A stretch of DNA of 64,000 nt, taken from assembly GCF_964355755.1 (NCBI RefSeq), contig NC_092675.1, positions 5,699,812 to 5,763,811 on the forward strand, written 5' to 3'. Each line of letters starts with the position of its first letter. The first letter of the stretch is position 1. The position numbers and the translations under genes were made by a program. The notes beneath the pieces were generated by a model. The model saw only the letters and a list, made by a program, of their open reading frames with translations. It made no database searches and had not been told where the DNA came from. The DNA is from Antedon mediterranea. Taxonomy: Eukaryota > Animalia > Echinodermata. Shown piece after piece: positions 13,701-25,021 of this stretch.

Positions 13701-16700
13701 CTTGATTACATCATTTTACAGACAAACGAAACTTTTTTAAACCTACTGTTTCAATAACTGAGTATAATACTGTATACGTTTTCATAAGTAAGTGCATATA
13801 CATTTTCGTGTTTTCATTGACGAGATTGTAATAGTAACTTCAGTAACTATTACAGTACTTATTATACGACACAAGACAATTGTATCTGACAGGTACGTAC
13901 ATTATTCTAAAAAATAAGTCTAGATAGATCCCTTAGGCGTCATAAATCACAGGCCAACAAATCAGTACTCATGACAGAAATTCGACCCAGTTTGGTTCAC
14001 ACAAATGTTTACAGGAATTTCAACCACCACAACCGAATCAACTTTATTACTGCGGTTCCATCACCACCACGTGCCGCCCAATTCCCCGGTACATACATTT
14101 CCATTTCTCCCTAATTTCTTTAGTCCACATAAATTAATTGTCCTTTATGGAATCCAGTATTGGTTTTGTTGTCTCTATTCTATTCTACTGTATTCGAGAA
14201 CCATCTGTGAGCACCCCTAGATGGTACGCGAGCGAAGCGAGCGTGCCATCTAGTAATGATAATTTGCCTATTAAACTAAAGATTTTGAATTTAATTTAAC
14301 CCATACCATAATCAGAAAAATTTATTTAAACCTTGAAATTGCTAAAAAGTGGTACAGTATACAACTAAAGAGAACATCCGTGTGTTTCATTCAGATTGAT
14401 CCACAAGAGGCAGCTTGCATAGAAGACATGTACATATATATATAATCACATTTTATATTTATTTGATAGTGGTGTCAATAATAATTTTAAGTATTTTTAT
14501 TTCAACAAAAATAGTGATATATTATGTGTTATTATTATTTGTAATTCTTTCACTAAATATTTTACAATGATTTTAGATTTTAAAACATTTCTTGTTAATG
14601 ATTACTGAATTTTGCAACTTTAAAGAGAATCGTTGAAGGATATTATAGACAGTTACAGTTAATCTATGTATATTATATTTGAATAACTTGAATTGATGTA
14701 TTAATAGCATTGTAGAATTTCAAATGTAATAATTGTTATGATTTATTGAACAGCGGGACAACAAGACCAGCGAAAGGTGATAGTGTACATGACGGTTATA
14801 TTTGTCGCGTTCCTTGTCACCATTGGACTATGTTTGATATGCTATCTTAGATACAGGTTTGTTAAATCATTTGCTTTCTTTTTCTTTTTAATTTTGTCTT
14901 TATTGTCAATTATCAAGAGTTATTAATAAAATAAAAAATGATTTTTATAGAAAAGGTCCACTTTTTATTGCAGCAAAAGAAAGATGTGTAAATATTGTCT
15001 TTCACCTACTGCAGGGATTAAAAATTGTCAAGCTAGTTGACTAGAGTTAAATGATGAGATTATATTCAATCTTTATCATACTATGTCAAATATGGTAATA
15101 AAAATTATCTTTGTTAAAAACCCAACTCAATCCATGGAAGGACCTATACAACCTATTTAAATAATTCTGTAATATATTTCATAGTTATTGATTAACTTGT
15201 AATAATAAATGTTGATACATTGTTTTTCCCAGAAAATCAAAAGAAACGGAGCGTTATGAAAAACAAGTTGAAAATCTCAGAAAACACCAATCTAAACGAT
15301 CAAATGGAATGAGTGGCCAAAATAAGGACATCGAAAACCAAATGGTAAGAATAAAAAAAAAAAATTCATAACAGCGTGCCTCAATTTATCTCATGGTGGC
15401 CAAGATAGTTAAATTACAAATAAATGTGATCAGTGTAATTCTGGATGAAAATAAGTGAACCTAAAATTCTCCTGAAGACGCATACAACTGTGGCATATTA
15501 TTATGTTGCAGCAACATTTTTTAGGCTGTTGAAATAATAGTCTTACACTATTTTTTGTTACTTCCATAGCTTTGGCTTCAACAATATTTGAGAGGACTTG
15601 GGGTAAAGAGAAATATATCTCTGTTAAAACTATTGCACTATTTCCAACGCATGTTTATCTTTTCTAATTAAAAGTTGTTTTTTTTTTCATTAAATAACGC
15701 ATGTTTATTAATGCAAGACATTTTTTTTTATCGTGAATTCTACAAACGTAATATAGCACTGAATTATTTTGTGGTTACTGTATTAGTATATCTTTTTATA
15801 TGGTTAAGATTTAATCATTTTTTAAATATATATTTAAATATATATTTTAAAGTGTGATGGTTCTATTATAGTATTGGTTGTATTTTATTCATTTCAAATT
15901 TAATATTGAAAGTTTATCAAGTTTAATTAGTTAATTGAAATTGAAAATGGTCAAATAAATACACATTTGACATTAATTAACAGTGACATTAACAATGGCT
16001 ACTAAACCAATGAACTTTCAATATTTATAATTCATGATTTTATGAATACTTTGTTTGTTTATTATGTGTTGTTTTGTTACACAGCAAACTCCCTCAAAAC
16101 GACATGGACAAAAACAAATTTCATGGTCGATATTTTGGAAGATCTATTCCAAATTTTATTCATTTTTACTACTTATTTTAATAACATTTTTTGAAACCTA
16201 AAGTTATAAAGGATTATAATTCATTTGGTTTCATTTTTTTAATTTATAGATTAATTCCTTCTTTTTAGTTTAAAAAAATTATTTTTAGTTGATTTTATTT
16301 TCTGTTGTATATTATTTTAGGCTGAGGAAGAGTTATGATTTTTAGCCTGGTATTTCACCTTTATTATTTTATGTAAGTACCCTTCAAGATCAGCACATTT
16401 TTGGCTTATGGTTTAAATTGAATTAACATCTTTGGGGTGCTAACAATAAAGCATTTTATTTCATCAATATTCAACAATATTAACTGCAAAGCAAAATATA
16501 TAAATATTTATACTACCATCACTCCATTAGATTTATATCACTCATAACATCATGCAATAATACAATTAATTTATCATGACATCATCATAAAATATCATTA
16601 TCTATTAGTAACATTAACATTTATTAAGAATAATGGGATTCCAATGTCATTACATTAAATTGAACATCTTTACTGGATCTATGCCTGGAAAGACATGCTT

Positions 16701-19297
16701 TTACACGCGCACTTATGACCATTTAGAAATGGAATAATTTCCTCTTTCTTTGATAACATTACTGGCCATAAAACCTTCAATTGTGACAGACCTGGGTATA
16801 TATGATCATTAGGGTCCTTTTTAATTTCTTACCTCATTTTCATAATTCCTTTCTTAGGCATTATAGCATTGTTATCTATCCTAATATTCTACTTCAGCTT
16901 TTGGTTTTCTATATATAATTTATGTTTAGGTTTTAGATACCAAAATAACTGCCAAACTGACCTTTGTTTCCTGTTGTTGTAGTTTGTTTGATGTGTCTAG
17001 TAAAAGACAATGTATTAGAATTGTCTTGATAAACTTGGTAATATTTACTGGTCTAATTGTATACTGCTGTCGAAGTGTCGTTTTCAAAATAAACTACTTT
17101 TATGGATTTTTTTTCTTGTGTACTCTGTAGTATAAAAACTGGGAATAGGCCAGCTTTATTTTAAAAGCTAAATTTTCCTGTATCTTTTCAAATCATTTGT
17201 GAACACCAACAGTTCCGTAAATTCAGAGCTTTTATGTTAATCTATCATCTTTATTACAAACTGTAAAGATATTTAGACTGTGCCTAGTTTATAATTACTA
17301 AAATATTTTTATTGATTATTTTCTTAGAATAATTTGTTTTTATTAAACAGTTTAATAGTTAGTTTACCTAATGGTAAGATGTTAAATTCTAGTGCACAGA
17401 TTTTTATTTTTCATTTATCTAATTTTGTAAAAAAATTCTGTTTGTAATTGTTTTGAACTGACATATTTCTGTTTAATTTGTGCTTAAATGGTAAAAATAT
17501 GCAAGAAATTATTTATCAATTTTATCGTAAACATGGTAATGCATATTGAAATAAAACTTTTTTCTCTCTTTTTATCTTGCCCTGTATTTTTAATATTTGT
17601 TGGATTGCATGGCATTATATTTGTATGATTTCTACATGGATTTGATTTATGTTTGTAAAATGATAAGTGTATTATTTAAAAAACAGGTGCTACAATATTA
17701 ACATAATATCTTTATATTTCTAAGCCTCTTACCTCCCCTTACTTTTTTTCTCACAATATCATACTTATTTAAAAAGTAGGATTACATTAAGTGTGATTAC
17801 AGGAAAGATATTAAAGTGACATTTTTCTGACAATTGTTTGCCCAATAATAATAACTAATAACAGGCATTGGAATGAGGCATAATAACGCTACCAGAAATA
17901 TTGAAATTATGATGGCAGTCTCCTATATGACAAAATCTATTTATAATGTTATTGTTTTATTCTGTGCAAGTGATCTTATGTTTGATGTGAAAATACTAAT
18001 ACAATTTATTGAAAGTTAATAAGCAAGCAATAATAATTAATAGTGTTACTGTTCATTAACATTTAATTGAATAAGAAAAAAAAACCTTCTTCTAAGTAAC
18101 ACTAGATTTAGATTTTTTCTCTACAAAATTCAAACTTGCATTTTTATCATTTATTTGTTTAAAACACAAACTGTGTATGTTGAGAAACAGTACTCAAATA
18201 TCATGTGTGAGCTTTTCACTATCTGCTTACATATTATAGCCCTTTCACATCGCCTAACAAAACTCCGGAGTTTTCACACATCAGGGCGTTTTGTATGGTG
18301 TGCGTGCTGGTGTGTGATATACTTCTAAGTACTGCTAGGCCATGTAAAAAAGTATTAAGTCAGCTTATACCAGTTTTTCTTGCATTCAAATTTCATTTTT
18401 AAGTTCTAATTTGGTTATTTAGAGCACTTCTACATTATAGAAATATGGGAATAAATTGATTAACCTTTTGCTTTTGATTATTTTTAATAGTATATTCCGG
18501 AAGAGGTATTAAACAATCGTCCAGACAATGCTTATATAAGACCTCAACTATGTATGGGGTCACGTAACTCATCCACTACAAGTGCAGCACAGACTGTTAT
18601 CGAGATGAATCATCTTGCAGCCTCTAAGGGGTCACAGTTCAATGAAAGAACTGTGCAAACGGGCAGTGCTGATAAGGTATCTGGTCATGGTAGTGCAACA
18701 AGCGTTCATGGTAAATCATCACGATCTGGAAGCACAGGCAGTGGTCATCACTCACAACAGTCTAGTCCACCATCTTCAGGAGCAAGTCAGAGGCGACGTA
18801 CAGAGTATGAGAAAGTCCCCAGCGATGATCCAGACAACTGTGTATATAAACGTCAAGGCGGAACTGCGTGTGTTAGAGAGCGAGACTTTTGCGTGTCAAA
18901 AATGGATAGCGACAGTGCTTCTGATAAAGACAGTGAAACGTCGAGTGTATGCGAAGGTGATAGCATTGATATGCCAAACCCACAGATTCAAGCCTTCAAT
19001 ACGTTACGTTCTAGCGACCGCGATAGTGCAGAATATACGTGGGATGACTATGGACAGCTCGCCAGGTTCACCCCTAATGGTTTCAAAGGGGATTCTCCTT
19101 TGCATCATCCGATGGGCAGAGGGAGGCTGTACGGTACAGGTAGCGGGGTACGACCCAGTATGAACGTTGTTGCAAACCCAATGAACTGTGGCTTACAGAA
19201 CAATGCGATGGGAGACAGTATAAATAATCCTAACGATGCATATTATCAATCAACCCTTAATAATTTAGACATCTCCGCTTCTCCTGCAGCTGTATAG
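4741..19297 (+). CDS. Multi-EGF type I membrane protein, pro-neuregulin/EGFR-ligand-like (5' exons not identified, probably upstream of window)
   Basis: Phase-consistent GT-AG exons: 4741-4918, 5244-5398, 5875-5968, 6563-6696, 7064-7193, 9347-9466 (cassette), 10809-10891 or 10971-11032, 14754-14856 (TM: QRKVIVYMTVIFVAFLVTIGLCLICYLRYRK), 15233-15344, 18491-19297. Encodes 6-7 EGF modules incl. CTDENYNKNYCFNEGTCYEFISDPNKHLC|xC..GxRC with an intron between Cys4 and Cys5, and a long Ser-rich tail ending SPAAV (human NRG1 a-tail ends DPIAV). Confidence 0.85.
9347..9466 (+). CDS. Symmetric 120-nt (phase 2-2) cassette exon: C-half of one EGF plus N-half of the next
   Basis: ttggcag|A TGT CCA AAT ... 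GTA TGT TT|gtgagt; encodes CPNGAEGTRCQLLTTSFGDCLCLNGGVCVRHPDEQNAVC. Confidence 0.85.
10592..10691. mobile_element. Small MITE relic
   Basis: Inverted termini CGAGTATAAGCCT / AGGCTTATACTCG about 100 bp apart; degenerate taagcccatcct repeats of possibly related type at about 1615-1820. Confidence 0.45.
10809..10891 (+). CDS. Alternative EGF C-half exon 'a'
   Basis: gtttccag|T TGC CCC GCT...; encodes CPAPHGGNRCQLILPVDIKDGENANHQ; donors at 10871 (gtgaga) and 10892 (gtaagt), both phase 1. Confidence 0.8.
10971..11032 (+). CDS. Alternative EGF C-half exon 'b'
   Basis: ttacttacag|G TGT CTC AAA ... GAT T|gtaagt; encodes CLKNFMGLRCELVKAAKTFD; phase 2 start and phase 1 end, as for exon 'a'. Confidence 0.8.
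12722..14253 (+). mobile_element. Non-autonomous Helitron (family H1), intronic
   Basis: A|TCTATATATAAATTTACGTAAGGG 5' end; 3' hairpin GATGGTACGCGAGCGAAGCGAGCGTGCCATC followed by CTAG|T; same termini at 51959-53247. Confidence 0.8.
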
Positions 19298-21374
19298 CAT
19301 GTCAGGACCTTGTTGTAGATAAATAACGTAAATATTTATAAATTAAACAGAGTAAGCATACAAAGTATAGTATTATGAAAGAAATTAAGATGATTTGAAA
19401 GAAATATTAATGAAGTATGTGATGCAACATTGAACATATCTCTATTGGGAGTGGTTAAACTTTGAAAGAAAGTAAGTAAGGTTGTAATGTGAATTGGGCT
19501 ATACACAATTAACTTTTAAGAGCCATAGTTGACTGAAATAATGTACTAATGAATGCATTGTTTAGTTTATGAATAAATTAAACTATTGAAGAATATATAG
19601 TTTTATATACAGTGTAATTATGTAGTTCAATATACATTGATTAGTGTAGCGGTTGAGTAATGGAAAAGTCATTGTTAATAATGGTTTGAGATATATATGG
19701 AAGAAAGTGTAACCATCACGAGTACAGTAAAACGGTCATTAATATATATATGATCTTGAAAGAAAGTATATAAGTTTGCTCAGTAAATTGAATAGGTTTG
19801 AAAGGGTAATAAAAGTTTAATAATCAAATATTATTTTTGATATGATAAACATGATTTAGATCATGTAGGAAAGGTACTCAAACTGTCTAACTTGATCTTT
19901 TACAAAAAAGTTGTGGTTATATGTGATTTAGGAAGAGTAGGAAAGGGTCTAAAGTTGTGTAGCAACAAATGGAAAGATGATTATTTTCCTTATGGAATAT
20001 AGGTTAAGTTTGCAAGTGTTTAAAATGTATGCAAAGAATGAAATTAAATATTTTAATTAGTGCATTTGTTTGTAAAGCTGTTGATGACCAGCGTATGCTG
20101 TCATGCAACATAGCTAAGCAGTTGAATGCTCGTTTTTATACTGCACCTTATTGGATTAATCAGTTAGTTTTCACATCATTCCCCGAGTCTGTGTTGTGTG
20201 TGTGTGTGATGCTTTTAATTTATGTTGTTTAAACTGTTTTTAGCACATATAATGTAAATAATTGTTTCTATAAATAAATATTAATTCAGATGTCAAAGTA
20301 TTAATATTATCTGAATTAATTTTTTAGATAAATTTTTATATATTTTTGTTTTTTTAATTGTTTGCATCGATGGGACGCAATCAAATGCTGCCGCAGATCA
20401 TGACTAAATTGAACCAATTTATGACGTATAGATATGTGATCATTTTTTTAGTTATAAATTTAAAAAATCTAATTTTGTATTAAAACAAATACATAGACTT
20501 TAATGTTGGTAATAATACTTAAAAATATAAACATCATAGTTATTATATGTTTGAATCTAAATTTACCATAACTGTTAAGTGACAATTTACAAAGTTTGTT
20601 TTACTATTAATTTTTTATTTAATTTTTATTAAACGACAGCCAAAGATTTCATTTGTATAAATGCAGATAGGAATTTATTTAGGAAAGTTATAAGATATAC
20701 ATAGTAAAATTAAATATAAATAAAAAATATTAACCTTTTAAAGTAAAAAATCTACTTATCTTCATTTGTTTTAAAAGGCTGAATCTAAATTTTAACAAAA
20801 CCTTCGTTCTCGATTTGTTTAAATAAGAAAAAAAAATACCTTTACCAATTCCAGCATATTTTTATCTTATAAATAATATAGTATATGATATATAGTATAT
20901 ATATATTGCCTTGTACAGATGTAGTAAGATTTTTAAGAAGTTAAGGAGTTGTTCAAAGCCTAGAATAGTCACATGATTTTACTGCTATACCATAAGTAAC
21001 AAGGGGCTATAAAATATATATATACGAATATATAAACTTTGGTGTAAATTCTAAATATTTTTGTAAGTTTGCTGAATGAGGGAAATGATTAAAGGTGTAG
21101 TTTGTACATTTTCAAAGCAATGTGGTGAGGCTGGTAAACTAAGTAAGCTAGCTAATACTATCCTACTACTACTAAGTACTTTCCCAATTCATTTAAAATT
21201 AATTTTGCCATGTGCCTATTCATTTAAATGTATTCATCTTATGTTGTTGTTATGTTGTTTACAATGTGTACTGTATAATACTGCAAAATCTTAGTTTTTT
21301 TAAATTTTGGTCTGAAAAGTGTTTTAGGTACTTTTGTAAAATGAATGCTTGACTCAGTATACAAACTGTATAGC

Positions 21375-21644
21375 ATTAAATAAATAAATGTTAACTTTTA
21401 GTTAAACCAGTTGACAAGTACTTACTTGCTACGTTTCAGCTACTTTCAGTAGCCTTGGTCACGGTGAATTGCGCCATCTCTCGTCTGATGTTCAGCTTTC
21501 TGCTGGTGTCCCCCTTTTGCGTGACCAAGGCTACTGAAAGTAGCTGAAACGTAGCAAGTAAGTACTTACTTGTCAACTGGTTTAACTAAAAGTTAACATT
21601 TATTTATTTAATATCCATTGAAACCAGATGAAATTTTTTGAGAA
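21375..21644. mobile_element. Penelope-like non-autonomous element (about 90-bp inverted arms plus one-sided tail)
   Basis: Arms about 21375-21463 and 21520-21612 are near-perfect reverse complements; tail 21613-21644; flanking direct repeat TGTATAGCATTA at 21367-21378 and 21645-21656; hammerhead-like core in the arms. Confidence 0.7.
21516..21558 (+). ncRNA. Candidate minimal type I hammerhead ribozyme (G3:C8 variant)
   Basis: UUGC-GUGACCA-A-GGCUAC(UGAAA)GUAGCU-GAAA-CGUA^GCAA: stem I UUGC/GCAA, stem II 6 bp, palindromic ACGU stem III, GUA triplet ending 21553. Confidence 0.55.
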
Positions 21645-22032
21645 TGTATAGCATTATATTATCAATATGACTGATTTGGGTGGCCCACACCCTGTAATCA
21701 TATCTAATCCTACTTCAGTGTCATTTTCATGTAAAAACAAAACAAGCAGGTAGGTTTTTTTTTCTTAAAAAAAAACAAAAATAAAAGTATAATAAATACT
21801 TTTACCATATTTATTTTTTGTAAATGTTAATTTTAAGTTAGCTGTAATTATTATTTAATTGTATTTCTAGTTTTAGTTATTACAGTATTTATTTTGATAA
21901 CATTGCCTTAAGAAAACCAGTTGCTTTGCTGTATCTTATCCTGCAATGCAATTAACTAAAATACTCCCCTCTATGGTGTATTTTTTCTTGACAATAGTTG
22001 TTTATATTTGTGGATACGACTTGCTGTAATTT

Positions 22033-22449
22033 AATATTCATGAGACTAATTGCATATGCATAATTTGCTTCAACTTGTTAGCATAATTATTTATAATGTG
22101 GATGTAAGCTGTGATTTTTTTTATGAATATTCATGAGAACAATGGCATATGCATAATTTGCTTCAACTTGTTAGCATAATTATTTATAATGTGGATGTAA
22201 GCTGTGATTTTTTTTTATGAATATTCATGAGAATAATTGCATATGCATAATTTGCTTCAACTTGTTAGCATAATTATTTATAATGTGGATGTAAGCTGTG
22301 ATTTATTTTAATGAATATTCATGAGAATAATTGCATATGCATAATTTGCTTCAACTTATTAGCATAATTATATATAATGTGGATGTAAGCTGTGATTTAT
22401 TTTAATGAATATTCATGAGAATAATTGCATATTAATACTTGCTTCAACT
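22033..22449. repeat. Tandem repeat, about 94-bp unit, about 4.4 copies
   Basis: aatattcatgagaataattgcatatgcataatttgcttcaac... recurs at about 22033, 22127, 22220, 22314, 22408. Confidence 0.9.
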
Positions 22450-23097
22450 TTGACACATGTAAATTTGATTGGATGAAAGTTAATGAATGTTAAATAGTTT
22501 TACTGCACTGTTTATAATACTTTCTTAATAGTGTAGCTCTTCACTAGAAATTATTAAAAAATTAACTATTTGCAAAAAAAATTTAAATGTAAAAATATTA
22601 ATTAATCATGCAGCGTGTTTGTATATTTTCATATGTATTGTTTACTAAAAATTTATTTATTAACATTTGGTATGTGATTTAGCTGAAGTTTCAAAACAAT
22701 AATGATGTTCTACATATCTTCCTCAGGATAAAGACACCTCAACTCCTCCAATTAGATTTTACACTTGGCCCTGATAAACACCCACATTATAAATATAAGC
22801 ATCAGTTACTCTAATTAGAGACCAAACCTGGTAATAACAACTACATGTCTTTATCGGGCCTTGTCTTTAAATCGGTACTTAATGTTTGTTTTGGAGCATG
22901 CTCAGTACATGCTTGTAATCTAGTTCAGCTTTTATGACGAGTAAATGCAAAGATTCCAAAAAAGAAACCAATTTGATGTGTCATTTTACTTCAAACTATT
23001 ATTATTATTCAGCATTATTTTGAAGCAAAATAGTGCTGAAAAGTATGACATATTATGTGATTATAAAGCAAATTATTTATTATAAATGTGGTAATAA

Positions 23098-24390
23098 CAA
23101 AATAACAAGGTTGTAATTTGCCCATTTTTCGACAAAATCCCTGTGCTATAGCATAGGGATTTTTTTTTAAATCGCACAAAATACAAACTTTTCAAAATGC
23201 GGTAATATCGCTATATGTGAACGTATATCACATTTTTATCCTCTTATACTGTCATAGGACAAAGTTATGTAAAAAAATAACATGGTTGTAATTTGCCCAT
23301 TTTTTGACAAAATCCCTGTGCTATAGTACAGGATTTTTCAATAAATCGCCCAACATACTCGACTTTTCAAAATGAGGTAATATCGCTATATGTGAACGTA
23401 TATCACATTATTATCCTCTTATGCTGTCATAGGACGAAGTTATGTAAAAAATATAACAAGGTTGTAATTTGCCCATTTTTCCACACAATCTCTGTGCTTT
23501 TGTACAGGGATTTTTTTTTAAAATTGCCCAAAATACAAACTTTTCAAAATGCGGTAATATCGCTATATGTGAACGTATATCACATTATTATCCTCTTATG
23601 CTGTCATAGGACAAAGTTATGTAAAAAAATAACAAGGTTGTAATTTGCCCATTTTTCGACAAAATCCCTGTGCTATAGTACAGGGATTTTTCAAAAAATC
23701 GCCCAAAACACAAACTTTAAAAAATACTGTTATATCGCTATATGTGCACGGACATCGCATTTTTATCCTCTTATACTGTCATAGGACGAAGTTATGTAAA
23801 AAAATAACAAGGTTGTAATTTGTCCATTTTTTTACAAAATCCCTGTGCTATAGTACAGGATTTTTCAATAAATCGCCCAACATACTCGACTTTTCAAAAT
23901 GAGGTAATATCGCTATATGTGCACGTATATCACGTTATTATCCTCTCATGCTGTCATAGGACGAAGTTATGTAAAAAATATAACAAGGTTGTAATTTGCC
24001 CATTTTTCCACACAATCTCTGTGCTATAGTACAGGGATTTTTTTTAAAATCGGCCAAAACACAAACTAAAAAAAAAAAATAATATCGCTATATGTGCACG
24101 GACATCGAATTATTATCCTCTTATACTGTCATAGGACGAAGTTATGTGAAAAAATAACAAGGTTTTAATTTGCCCATTTTTGGAAAAAATCCTTGTGCTA
24201 TAGTACATGAATTTTTCCAAAAATCGCCCAAAATACAAACTTTTCAAAATGCGGTAATATCGCTTTATGTGCACTTATATCACGTTATTATCCTCTTATA
24301 CTGTCATAGGACAAAGTTATGTAAAAAAATAACAATGTTGTAATTTCTCCTTTTTTGACAAAATCCCTGTGCAATATCGCTATATGTGCA
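23098..24390. repeat. Satellite-like tandem array, about 176-bp unit, about 7.3 copies
   Basis: aaataacaaggttgtaatttgcccattttt recurs every about 175-177 bp. Confidence 0.9.
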
Positions 24391-25021
24391 CGCATTATTA
24401 TTATTTGCGAATCGGAATTTTGCTACAGACAAATTTAATTTCAAAAATATGATTTATTGGTCCTCATTGACTGTTAAAATACAATTTCTTTAAATATAAA
24501 TAAAATTACTTTATAATTAATTAACAAGATATTTTGGTAATACTTATATATTGTTACAAAACCTCATGTTGTCATGAGCATGTTTAGACTGACCTGCCAC
24601 TACTTCTACCAAGGATTATATTCAGAGATATTTGGCACCAATAAAGAAATTAATCTTCACACACTAATAATTATAATTGGTACATGATCAACATAAAATA
24701 ACTGTGCTTCTTCTCAGAGCAGCACACATCAACACAGTATACACTGTTAGGAAATTCTGCACCATAAACAAATTAGATTCTGTCAAAGTCAACACAGCAA
24801 ACAATCAACTATCATCTATTTAATACTTGGCCTCTCATAGGTCACTCAGTTAATAAGTTAAAATAATACTTAAAAATCATACACAAGCTTACAGACATTA
24901 CCTGTAAGCCTCTAAAAACAAGTAAACATGAAATTGTTTCTGATATATTTTTTATTATAAACATTTTAAAACTTAATAATTAAGTGAGCACAGTCTATCA
25001 CATCTTAATTATTTCAAAGAT

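Noticed and set aside
18615-19163. Overlapping 182-aa alternative-frame ORF in the last exon of the EGF gene
   Set aside because: Non-ATG start, no recognisable features; likely a shadow ORF of a GC-richer Ser/Gly exon.
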